Positions 38,452 through 47,589 of a stretch of DNA of 64,000 bases are shown here, one piece after another. This DNA comes from a bacterium (GTDB lineage Bacteria; Patescibacteriota; Minisyncoccia; UBA6257; JAUSGH01), in assembly GCA_030649055.1 (NCBI GenBank), contig JAUSGH010000001.1, positions 10,907 through 74,906 on the forward strand. The letters run 5' to 3'. A program made the position numbers and the translations under genes. Under the pieces are notes generated by a model, which was given only the letters and a program-made list of their open reading frames with translations, was not told the origin of the DNA and did no database searches. How positions within the stretch are numbered: position 1 is the first letter of the stretch; every line of letters starts with the position of its first letter.

Positions 38452-38484
38452 TACGGGTCGGTTGCTTCAGGCGACCGACCCGTA
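38452..38484 (+). terminator. Intrinsic terminator
   Basis: TACGGGTCGGTTGC-ttcag-GCGACCGACCCGTA then a T-rich tail. Confidence 0.75.
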
Positions 38485-38515
38485 TCCTTTTCGTGGTAGA
38501 ATAAGATAATAGGGT

Positions 38516-39532
38516 ATGCAAAAGATTATCTCATTTATTCTATCCGAAGCGCCAAATTTGAGGGGTGGCGAAGTGCTCGCGGTGCCGCAAAGTGAGAGCG
38601 CGCCGCACTATTTCGGCGCCTCGGTGCCGAAGCAGGTCCTTTTTGATAAAGAAGAACATGAAGTTGAGGGGCAAAAGGTGATGTTTGAGGTGAAGGCATA
38701 TCGTCCGGACGTGTTGCTGGTGGAAGGACAAGCCGAAGTTGAGGACATTTTCAGCGAAGAGGCGTTTAAACTCCGCGAGCGTCTCATTGATACGTGCCAC
38801 GCTATCACGAAGCGCCGTGGGGGAAAATTTGAATTCAGCGAAGAGTATTCGGTCGCAGTGGTGGGCGGTTACACCGGCGACCCTGAGCAATTTTTTACGC
38901 ACGCCGATAAGATTGCCGGATTTTTGAAATCCGAGCGGCTCCCACTGGACGAAAAAGAAGTTGCCTACACGCTTTCTTCGCAAATGAAATACGCGAAAGA
39001 CGACTTAGTCATCGTGGACTGGGACGGCGCGTTTATTTTTGATCCGAACGGAGAATACGAATCGGTCGTGGAGCTTTTGCAAATCGCCAACTTGCAGCTA
39101 TTGCGGTACCGCATTCTGGATTCGGATTTGGACGCGCGTCTTCAGAAAATTGGGAAGTTTATGCAGGCGACCATTGGAAAAAAGACGATGTTCCGCAATC
39201 GCGAACTGTCACAGGCGTTTCGCGACGTTATTGCCGTGCGTTCGCGCTCCGTCGCGGAATTTGAGGGCATCGATCGCGAAATCAAACTCATCGGCGACTG
39301 GTATTCGGCGCGCCTGTACGATTTCGTCGGGAAAAAGTTTAAGCTGGATACCTGGAAGGCGGATATTAAAGAAAAACTTGATTCGCTGGAAGACGTGTAT
39401 TCCATCGTCGCGGAAAATTTTAGTATCACGCGCCATCAACTCTTGGAGCTCATCCAAATTATTTTATTTTTCGTCTTGCAGGTCGGGTGGTTTGGACTAC
39501 TCATCCTCGAGTTTTTATACTTTACGAGGTAA
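38516..39532 (+). CDS. Conserved hypothetical protein with C-terminal TM (possibly RMD1/DUF155-like)
   Basis: Long ORF, IVDWDGA...ANLQLL...GDWYSARLY, coiled coil then TM; family assignment tentative. Confidence 0.75.
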   Translation: MQKIISFILSEAPNLRGGEVLAVPQSESAPHYFGASVPKQVLFDKEEHEVEGQKVMFEVKAYRPDVLLVEGQAEVEDIFSEEAFKLRERLIDTCHAITKRRGGKFEFSEEYSVAVVGGYTGDPEQFFTHADKIAGFLKSERLPLDEKEVAYTLSSQMKYAKDDLVIVDWDGAFIFDPNGEYESVVELLQIANLQLLRYRILDSDLDARLQKIGKFMQATIGKKTMFRNRELSQAFRDVIAVRSRSVAEFEGIDREIKLIGDWYSARLYDFVGKKFKLDTWKADIKEKLDSLEDVYSIVAENFSITRHQLLELIQIILFFVLQVGWFGLLILEFLYFTR

Positions 39533-39612
39533 TAGAAAGCGATACGTCTCCGTATGTGTTGGAAATTAAATACCGCCCAGCTCTCCTTTTTGGGAAAACC
39601 GGGCGGGCGTGT

Positions 39613-40938
39613 TTATTGCTGCGTTTCCGCGTCACAGAGTACGAGTAGCTGATCGAGCGTCACGATCGCTTTGCACAGTTGCGGCGTACTGATCACGAGT
39701 GGCGGCGCGATAACGATGAGGTTGCCGCGAACGGCGAACGATACGCCGAGCTTGCGGCCTTCGGCAACAAGCGTCTTCAGCGCCGGCGCGATTTTCGGCC
39801 AAGTCGACAGAGGTTCCTTGGTTTCGCGGTTCTTTACCAGTTCAAGAATTGCGAAAAGCCCTTCTCCGCGAACGTCGCCGATGGAACAGTGCTTCGTGGC
39901 AAGTGAGCGCAGGGCTTCGTGCATCTTGGCGCCAAGCGCGCGCGAACGAGTGATGAGTTGTTCGTCACGGTACGCGTCTATCGCCGCGACTCCTGCCGCG
40001 CACGCAAGCGGATGCCCGCTGTAGGTGAGTCCGGTTTGGAGCTTGCGGAAATCAAAGTACGCGGCGACTTCCTTGGAAACGATAACGGCGCCTAGCGGAA
40101 CATGTGCTCCGGTCAGACCCTTCGCAATCGTCATGATGTCGGGCCGTCCGGCCTCTCCATGCTTCTGCCACGCGAACCATTCGCCGACACGGCCGAATCC
40201 GCTCATCACCTCGTCGGCAATGAGCAGGACGCCGTACCGCGATGTGATTTCGCGCAGTTTCGGCCAGTACTCCGGAGGTGCCGCGATGCCATTTGTTCCT
40301 GCGGCCGGCTCCATGAGCACCGCCGTAACTTTAGACGACCCTTCTTGTGCGATGATTTCATCGATCGTCTCGGCGCAGAGGATGCCGCACGAATTGTACC
40401 GCGCGTGGAAAGGACAACGGTAGCAGTAGGGCGGCAGTACGTGGACAACCCTTAGGCCACCAGGAGGATATTCCGCTCCGCGGTCGTCGCCGGAAAGCTC
40501 CATCGTCGCGAATGATGCCCCGTGATAGGAGCGGTACCGCGTGATGATTTTCCCGGAAGTCTTTCCCGAAGCCCAGAGCGCCATTTTCACCGCGTTTTCA
40601 TTTGCGTCGGCTCCGCCGGTGGTAAAGAAGACGCGACCTCCCGCAAACCCCGAAACTTCCAGTAGTTTTGCGGCGAGTTCCGCGCGCGGATCAGACCCCC
40701 ACGCGGAGGTGACAAAGCACATTTTGTCGGCCTGTCGCTTGATGGCGGCAACCACTGCCGGATGCTGATGGCCGAGGTTGGAACATTCCGCCATGCTGGA
40801 CATGTCAATGTAGCGCTTGTTGTTCGTGTCCCAAAACACGGCGCCACTCCCCCCGACAATTGTCGGCCCGTTCCATTGCTCCTGCGCGGTCCATGTATGC
40901 ATCACCGATGCGCGTTCGATATCATTCCACTTATTCAT
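39613..40938 (-). CDS. Class-III PLP aminotransferase
   Basis: NLGHQHP, GADANENA, SYHG, LIADEVMSGFGR, PDIMTIAKGLT, TYSGHP. Confidence 0.95.
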   Translation of the reverse strand: MNKWNDIERASVMHTWTAQEQWNGPTIVGGSGAVFWDTNNKRYIDMSSMAECSNLGHQHPAVVAAIKRQADKMCFVTSAWGSDPRAELAAKLLEVSGFAGGRVFFTTGGADANENAVKMALWASGKTSGKIITRYRSYHGASFATMELSGDDRGAEYPPGGLRVVHVLPPYCYRCPFHARYNSCGILCAETIDEIIAQEGSSKVTAVLMEPAAGTNGIAAPPEYWPKLREITSRYGVLLIADEVMSGFGRVGEWFAWQKHGEAGRPDIMTIAKGLTGAHVPLGAVIVSKEVAAYFDFRKLQTGLTYSGHPLACAAGVAAIDAYRDEQLITRSRALGAKMHEALRSLATKHCSIGDVRGEGLFAILELVKNRETKEPLSTWPKIAPALKTLVAEGRKLGVSFAVRGNLIVIAPPLVISTPQLCKAIVTLDQLLVLCDAETQQ

Positions 40939-41065
40939 CTATTCCTCCAATCTGTATTCGCTTGCGTTTCAGAACTGCTACCATGGTAACGGGTTCCATG
41001 GGGTGCGTCAATCAATAAAAATAACCCCACAAAGCGGGGTTATTTTTATTGATCCGGTATCCGGA

Positions 41066-41704
41066 TTATCGCGGAGTGGTGGTGGCAACCGTGGTTGTAC
41101 TAGTAGCAACTGTTGTTGTTGCCGGCGGAGTGTAGGTGATGACGGTTGCGATGCGGCTGAGCCGCGCTCCGTTAGTTCCAACTGAAATCACGGCGCCTAT
41201 TTGAATCACGCTTGAAGAATTTTTTACCAGCGACAATCCGTTAAATGTCGTTGGGGCAAGTTGAGTCGGGGTGAGGCCTGCAAGGTTATAATTCCACGCG
41301 ACGGTGCTATCCATATTGTTATAGCGGTAGAAGACGCCGAGTGTTGTTGTGCTACTCCCGTAGTTGTTGTTCTTTGATGCGCAGGGAGTGATAGTGATTG
41401 CTGTGATTGTGGAACCGTTCGGAACTGCGGCAAGACTTATGCCATATGATTCGCGACTTCCCGCGGCATTCGTGTAGTTGTAACTAGCCAGCCCATCGCA
41501 CGTCAGCTCATTGACGTTGTTGAAATGCCCTCTCCGCGCCGTGCTTATGCTTGGCATCCATCGAAGATATGTTCCGTCGGATGAAGGAAGGAGTGCATTG
41601 GTCGTGTCTGCGAATACCGAATAAACCGAAAAGAGGGAGGCAATACCTAAAAGTGCGATGCCGCTGATTAAGATTTTGTGTTTGACGTTATAGGTCGTTG
41701 TCAT
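41066..41704 (-). CDS. Secreted Thr/Ser-rich hypothetical protein
   Basis: Signal peptide ending VFA, beta-rich domain, Thr-rich tail. Confidence 0.8.
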   Translation of the reverse strand: MTTTYNVKHKILISGIALLGIASLFSVYSVFADTTNALLPSSDGTYLRWMPSISTARRGHFNNVNELTCDGLASYNYTNAAGSRESYGISLAAVPNGSTITAITITPCASKNNNYGSSTTTLGVFYRYNNMDSTVAWNYNLAGLTPTQLAPTTFNGLSLVKNSSSVIQIGAVISVGTNGARLSRIATVITYTPPATTTVATSTTTVATTTPR

Positions 41705-41887
41705 AAAAGTTTATTTTTTTATTAGTATTTCTTTCGTTGTGGAATTAATCGACCATATGTGAGATCCACGATTTAATTTGTGTAGTTGGAAGTATCCCTA
41801 TGCGTAACGCATCGGATGCGGAAAGTCTAACTTGTAAATTTTGGGATATGCTTGCATTCCGCCTCGGCAACCCCACAGACAAACTTG

Positions 41888-41958
41888 TGGACCCAGGGAG
41901 AATCGAACTCCCACCTCGGCAATGCGAATGCCGCGTAATACCATTTTACTATGGGCCC
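41888..41958 (-). tRNA. tRNA-Ala(CGC)
   Basis: Cloverleaf GGGCCCA/TGGGTCC with G3-U70, CGGCA-TT-CGC-AT-TGCCG. Confidence 0.95.
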
Positions 41959-42021
41959 ATTAAGGACATACTAAGGGAAAGCAGCGTGACTGACAAGGTC
42001 TTGCCAACAGTTATAATCTGC

Positions 42022-42339
42022 ATGAAAGAAATCAGCCACATCGTAAAAAGTTTGCTACACGCCTCGGGTGTATTTTTATACATCCTTGGGATTGTGGGAT
42101 TACTCTCCAACGCGAAAGGAATGTTTGGTCCCACGGACCCGCCTTTCCCTCTTGCGCCGCTCTTTATGCTGTTGCTCTTCATTATATCGGCAACCATTAC
42201 CGGATCGTTGGTGCTCGGGAAACCAATCTATTTGTATCTGGAACACCGGAAAAAAGAAGCGTTTATTTTTCTTTGCTCCACGTTAGTATGGCTCACGTTC
42301 TTTCTCGCGGTGGTTGCGGCGGCGATGCTGGCATTTTAG
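42022..42339 (+). CDS. Small 3-TM membrane protein
   Basis: TATAAT-led ATG, LLLFIISATITGSLVLGKPIYLYL. Confidence 0.8.
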   Translation: MKEISHIVKSLLHASGVFLYILGIVGLLSNAKGMFGPTDPPFPLAPLFMLLLFIISATITGSLVLGKPIYLYLEHRKKEAFIFLCSTLVWLTFFLAVVAAAMLAF

Positions 42340-42430
42340 TTCAGTCCCCGGCCGCGCCACGAAGTTTTTGCGATGTGGTAATTGCGCGTCCGGCCGGCGC
42401 GTTCTATATTGGTGATGAACGTATATCTGT

Positions 42431-43528
42431 ATGAGTTCTGAGAATCCAAAACAAGAAAACGACGCGGAGAACACAGAAGAAGGGCATGGAGCAGCAGCGA
42501 AAGGCGCGGAGCGCAGTTTTTTTGATCTCGAAAACGTTGATCATGAGATCGTAAAAAAGTTTAAGCCGGAATTTATCGCGATGGGCGGCGAGCATATCGT
42601 TTATAGCATTCCGGAACATCCCGACGTTGTGGCAAAAGTGAACATTCTATCGGTGCGCAGGATTTTACACGAGAATCGGCGGGCGCTACAGCGCCCCGAC
42701 GCGCTCACTGATGGCGCGAAGCGATACATGGATAATTTTCTTCATGAAGAAGCGGAGAAGTATCAAGGAGTTAGGGCCTATTTTGGCGCTGAACACGCGC
42801 CGAATCAGAAAAAGTTTTTATTGAAGATTCCGATAACTAAAAACATATTGAAGGCTATCGGGGAAGAATCTTCCGGTGAGCTTGCAGAGGTTTGGGGCGT
42901 GGTGATGATTCAGAAGCGCGCCGAGCTGGAGGGGCCGGATCACTTCAGTTTGGCGACAAACGGATATCCGGAGCAAAGGGATATACCCGGCGGAGTTTAT
43001 CAGGCCGCGACCATGTGTTTGCTGTATGGCGACGAGTATTCGGGATTGTCGGGAAAAGAAGCATTGCTGGAATTGCTGGGAGAGGGTGGCGGAGACCTCA
43101 AGAACTTAATCGCGGCCGCGGAACAGGACGCCAAGCTTCGCGTGATGCTCAAGGATCTCGTCGAAAAACTTATTGTTTATTTTGAAAAAACCGGAGCGAT
43201 ATTTGACGTCGTCGGGAAGGATAACATCGCGATAATGAAGGAGGGAGGGGTTTGGACGTATAAGTTTGTAGACGCGATTTATCCCGAGGGGGTGGATGTT
43301 AGCGCTGACGCACGGAATGCTATTGTCAAGCTTGCGCGCAAGGAAGAGATTACGGACGTGGAGCGGAATGAGGTGTTGAATACCATAAACTTTGTCCGCA
43401 CCATGAACGGACTCGCCGAGTTTTTGGGTTCCGAGAAGCGGATAAATATTATTCCCGATGAGGTGTGGGATGGCGAGTCTAACTTTTCATACGTTGATTT
43501 CCAAAAAACCCTTAAAGAAGAGGATTAA
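42431..43528 (+). CDS. Hypothetical protein (possible kinase-like fold)
   Basis: GGEHIVY...VVAKV, D..GKDN, VD motifs loosely resemble kinase subdomains. Confidence 0.75.
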   Translation: MSSENPKQENDAENTEEGHGAAAKGAERSFFDLENVDHEIVKKFKPEFIAMGGEHIVYSIPEHPDVVAKVNILSVRRILHENRRALQRPDALTDGAKRYMDNFLHEEAEKYQGVRAYFGAEHAPNQKKFLLKIPITKNILKAIGEESSGELAEVWGVVMIQKRAELEGPDHFSLATNGYPEQRDIPGGVYQAATMCLLYGDEYSGLSGKEALLELLGEGGGDLKNLIAAAEQDAKLRVMLKDLVEKLIVYFEKTGAIFDVVGKDNIAIMKEGGVWTYKFVDAIYPEGVDVSADARNAIVKLARKEEITDVERNEVLNTINFVRTMNGLAEFLGSEKRINIIPDEVWDGESNFSYVDFQKTLKEED

Positions 43529-43529
43529 T

Positions 43530-43981
43530 ATGTCTCAACCCAATGTCACTATCGGGTGCAGTATTATGTTGGAGCGGGACGGCAAGCTCTTGCTCATTAA
43601 AGAGGCTCGCCCGAACGTGCGCGGGAAATGGAATACTCCCGCGGGCACCTTGAGGGTGTAGAGACTCCTATTGAATGTGCGTTAAGAGAGGCAAAGGAAG
43701 AATCGGGTTACGACGTGGAGCTCACCGGCATACAAGCGGTGTATCACCGGCCGAGCGCGGACGAGTATATCATTGACTACTGTTTTTTGGCGCGTCCAAA
43801 GAGTTTGGTGACGTCGCCGCTCGCGGACGATGTGCTTGAAGCAAAATGGTTCACGCGCGAAGAAACTGAAAAATTACCGCGCGAATCGTTGCGTTCGGCG
43901 CGGAGCGCAAAGCGGTTGGAGGATTGGCTTGCCGGTGTGCGCCATCCGATTAGTGTTGTTGCGCAGCCCCCGCTTTCATAA
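43530..43981 (+). pseudogene. NUDIX hydrolase split by a one-base frameshift
   Basis: N-terminal part ...GKWNTPAG and Nudix box GHLEGVETPIECALREAKEESG lie in different frames, junction near 43641-43646. Confidence 0.85.
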
Positions 43982-44151
43982 TCCTCTCGTGGGTTGTTGC
44001 GCCGGCAAAGTGTTTACATTATTAAAGCTTAAGCGCTGAAGATGTAAACATTTTTTTGCGGTTGTTTTTCTTCTTCTTGCGTTTTTTCCGTTGCCGCGTA
44101 ATACTTTGTGCAGCACGACTCGGAATGTTCTATGTAAGGAAGGAGAACATC

Positions 44152-44751
44152 ATGGAGGAAACTTACCTCACGATTCTGCGCGACAAGGAGACAAAGACGG
44201 CGGAGTTCCGCTGGGCGGCTCACGGGTTGGCAAGACTGCTGATCCCGAAGGTGGTGGCGAAGCTTCCTATGAAGTCTCGCGCCATTGAGACGCCGATTGG
44301 CGCCGCGCAAGGCGCGTACGTCACCGACGACGTCATGGGGGTGCCTATCCTTCGCGCTGGCACCGCGTTCGTTCCCGCGTTGATGGATGTGTTGCCCGGG
44401 GTGCCGATCGGGTACCTGGGGATGGCGCGTGACGAGAAGACCGCAGAGGCAAGCGTGTACTGCGAGAAGCTGCCGCCGGAGCTTTATCACTACGCCGTCA
44501 TCATGGACCCGATGCTCGCGACCGGCGGAAGCGTCTGTCTGACGGTGGAGATCCTGAAGCACGCGGGCTATGACGAGAAGAACGTTTTCTTTGTCGGTAT
44601 GTTCGCGGCGCAGGTGGGGTTCGACAGGCTGAAGAACGTAATCCCCGAGGGGAACATCGTGGTGGCGTCAAACGGCGCGCAGCTCGATGAGCGGTTTTAC
44701 ATCATCGGTGGCTGCGGCGACTTCGGCGACCGGTACTGCGGGACAATGTAG
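44152..44751 (+). CDS. upp: Uracil phosphoribosyltransferase
   Basis: LTILRDKET, IETP, VPILRAG, ARDEKT, DPMLATGGS, GDFGDR; AGGAG SD. Confidence 0.93.
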   Translation: MEETYLTILRDKETKTAEFRWAAHGLARLLIPKVVAKLPMKSRAIETPIGAAQGAYVTDDVMGVPILRAGTAFVPALMDVLPGVPIGYLGMARDEKTAEASVYCEKLPPELYHYAVIMDPMLATGGSVCLTVEILKHAGYDEKNVFFVGMFAAQVGFDRLKNVIPEGNIVVASNGAQLDERFYIIGGCGDFGDRYCGTM

Positions 44752-44761
44752 GGAGGACAGC

Positions 44762-44959
44762 ATGAACGCATTCACTTTGTGCCTCGCCATGACGGGGAAG
44801 CTCAGTCCCAAGAGGAGGAAGCAGATGGCTCGGATAGAGAAGCCGCGGTTGGGCAAGGTTACCACCACGCAGGATGGCGACCTCACTCGCTACAAGGTGG
44901 AGCTGAATCCGCCGAGGCCGCGGAAGCTGGTGATCAACTCGAAGCCGCGCAATAGATAG
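44762..44959 (+). CDS. Small basic hypothetical protein
   Basis: GGAGG SD right after upp; alternative start MARIEK; terminator near 44976-45006. Confidence 0.45.
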   Translation: MNAFTLCLAMTGKLSPKRRKQMARIEKPRLGKVTTTQDGDLTRYKVELNPPRPRKLVINSKPRNR

Positions 44960-45075
44960 CGCGGAAGCAAGTGGTGGGGCAGGGAACGGCGAACGTTCCC
45001 TGCCCCTTTCCATTTGTAGATTTCTATACTATGTTATGTGCAGTGCGTGGTTGGACATTCCTTGAAGGAGGACTT

Positions 45076-45651
45076 ATGTTCGCGGGAAATTGGTTGCTGC
45101 TCTCGGTCATCGCTGACCAGAAAATCGGGCAGGCGCACATGGTCTATGTGCGGCATGATTCGGACGGAAAGTACGCAGCAGGGAAGGAATACGTATTGCC
45201 GGACGGGAGGCGCTGCACGGTGCGGTGTACTATTCCTGGCGATACATATGCCGGCGAACTTCTCGGCCGCATCTACGCGATGAAGATCGATGGCGAGGGT
45301 GGCGTGTGGCACGATCTCGAATGGCTGCTGCTCAACGTTCGCGAGTTGGGCGTGGAAGACGGGAAAGCGCAGGCGGAGCATGAGCGCACCATAAAGGCGG
45401 CGCGAGACAAGGAGGTGATGAAGGCGGTGGGCGCCGGAATTGTCGCGTTGGAACAGAAGGTAGATGCTTTCAGGCGCGACAGCGAGGAGCGTGAAGCCGC
45501 GTACAAGGCGAAGCTCAAGGAGCTCAACTGGACGATCTATTGCCTGCGGCACAAGTCGCAGCCGAAGGTGTCAAAGGAAGTGCGCCGGGAACTCGGCAAG
45601 GCGGCTACCCAGATCTACGAAGGCAGGCGCAACAAGAAGAACAAGAAGTAG
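45076..45651 (+). CDS. Hypothetical coiled-coil protein (ORFan cassette)
   Basis: AAGGAGG SD, TATACT promoter, terminator 45661-45690; resembles 16452-17063. Confidence 0.78.
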   Translation: MFAGNWLLLSVIADQKIGQAHMVYVRHDSDGKYAAGKEYVLPDGRRCTVRCTIPGDTYAGELLGRIYAMKIDGEGGVWHDLEWLLLNVRELGVEDGKAQAEHERTIKAARDKEVMKAVGAGIVALEQKVDAFRRDSEEREAAYKAKLKELNWTIYCLRHKSQPKVSKEVRRELGKAATQIYEGRRNKKNKK

Positions 45652-45807
45652 AAGTGAACACGGGATAGTCACGCAATGCGTGACTATCCCGATCCATTTT
45701 GTTATCCACAGCCAATAATGAGTAGGCGCCTGTTATAATAGAAAAGTACGGGGAAAACCCGTAAAGGTCGAGGATTTTTAGGTAATAATTTTCTTCAACT
45801 ACTATAT

Positions 45808-46488
45808 ATGTATGTACAAGGATGGGTTGATGTAATTGTGGTGTCGCTCCAGAACCTTTGGGCGTTGGTTATCGGATTCCTTCCGAACATGCTCGGCGCA
45901 TTGTTGGTCCTTCTTATCGGACTCATTGTCGCCGCCGGCCTTGAGCGTTTGGTAGAGCGATTGGTCTTCTATCTCCGCATTGACGCGCTTCTAGAGAAGA
46001 TGGGCGTCGGTGCGTACTTGCAGCGCGCGAATCTCCAGCTGAACGTCGGACACTTCTTGGGTAAGATTGTGTATTGGTTTATGGTTGTCGCTTTCTTATT
46101 GGCGGCATCAGACATCTTGAGCTTCACGGCATTGTCCGGATTCTTGCAGGATGTGCTCCTCTACATTCCGAACGTTCTGATCGCGGCGCTCATTCTGCTC
46201 GTTGCGGTGGTGGCAGCGAATTTCTTGAAAGGACTGGTGCTTGCATCAGTGCTTGGCGCGAAACTCCACGCGGCGAAATTCTTGGGAACAGCGACATGGT
46301 GGGTGGTGATGATCTTTGGACTTCTCACCTCTGCTGCGCAATTAAACATTGCGGTGGCGATCATCAATACGCTTATCACGGGAATGATCGCGATGCTGGC
46401 GCTTGCCGGAGGTCTTGCATTTGGCCTTGGCGGCAGAGACTCGGCCTCGCGTTGGATTGCGAAGATGGAAAACGAAGTGCGCCATTAA
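45808..46488 (+). CDS. CmpX-like / mechanosensitive-channel TM-helix repeat protein
   Basis: Two FLPN/YIPN TM-helix repeats, GLAFGLGG. Confidence 0.88.
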   Translation: MYVQGWVDVIVVSLQNLWALVIGFLPNMLGALLVLLIGLIVAAGLERLVERLVFYLRIDALLEKMGVGAYLQRANLQLNVGHFLGKIVYWFMVVAFLLAASDILSFTALSGFLQDVLLYIPNVLIAALILLVAVVAANFLKGLVLASVLGAKLHAAKFLGTATWWVVMIFGLLTSAAQLNIAVAIINTLITGMIAMLALAGGLAFGLGGRDSASRWIAKMENEVRH

Positions 46489-46629
46489 AATGGTGCTTGC
46501 ATTGTTTGTGCATGCTGCGCTGTGAGGGTGCGGCACGCGCAAACGATTGAACAAAAACACTCGCCTAGGCGAGTGTTTTTGTTTGTCCCACCTTGCGGGG
46601 TTATGCACACCTTATACATGTCACCCCTA

Positions 46630-46657
46630 TTGACAGATTTTCATTGGTGGCTATACT
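46630..46657 (+). promoter_or_regulatory. Promoter of the 23S-5S unit
   Basis: TTGACA-16-TATACT. Confidence 0.7.
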
Positions 46658-47552
46658 AATGATTACACTGAAATGTTGACCTTAAAGCATAACCCCTGCG
46701 GCTCCTAGTCCTCCATAAAGAGGACAATTTCCAGAGCCGCGCACAGCGGCTTTTGTCGTTGTAAGGGGACCGGTGCTGACTGAAACGAACGGACATTGAT
46801 AAACAGGATCTGACAGAAAATTCTTTTTTGTCGGGTGCTCATAAGTAAATCAATGCAAATGAAAACGCAATTTCAAGAGTATTATCGAAAGCATTCAATG
46901 CTTCGATGATCGGTTTTACTGCTCAATATCTGCATGATGGCGGAGTATTGAGTACGCCTCGTTAAGTCGCCTCAGGCGACCGCGAGGTTGCACGCGTTGA
47001 ATTCAGAGCGTGTATAAGGGCGTATGGTGGATGCCTAGACACAAAATGGCGATGAAGGACGCAGCATAACTGCGATAAGCTTCGGGGAGGTGTGTAGCAA
47101 CCTTTGATCCGGAGATTTCCGAATGGGGAAACCCTGCGCGGTAAACCCGCGTAACGCATGCGATTAAACGCGCATGTGAGCAGACCCGCTGAAGTGAAAC
47201 ATCTCAGTAAGCGGAGGAATAAAAATAGATTAGATTCCCCAAGTAGCGGCGAGCGAAAAGGGAACAGCCTAAACTTTAGTGTGTGCAGCAATGTATACGC
47301 TGGAGGGTTGCAAGGGTAAGACATTTTTGCGTATCGCAAAGCTCTCGTTAAACAGGGCTGTGCGATTCGCGGAAGATTGGTTACAAATTGCTTCGTTAGC
47401 TGAAGCTTCTGGAAAGAAGCGCCAAAGTGAGTGATAGCCTCGTAAGCGAAAACAAAGCAACCAATTCGTTTTATTTCTTAAGTACCTCGAGACCACAACA
47501 TCTCGAGGGAATCCGCCAGTACTATCTGGTAAGGCTAAATACATTTTGTGAT

Positions 47553-47589
<37 letters not shown>

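Noticed and set aside
46764-46965. tmRNA (GGGG start and an ANENA... tag-like frame)
   Set aside because: No T-arm or acceptor 3' end found, and the frame does not end in an Ala-rich tag
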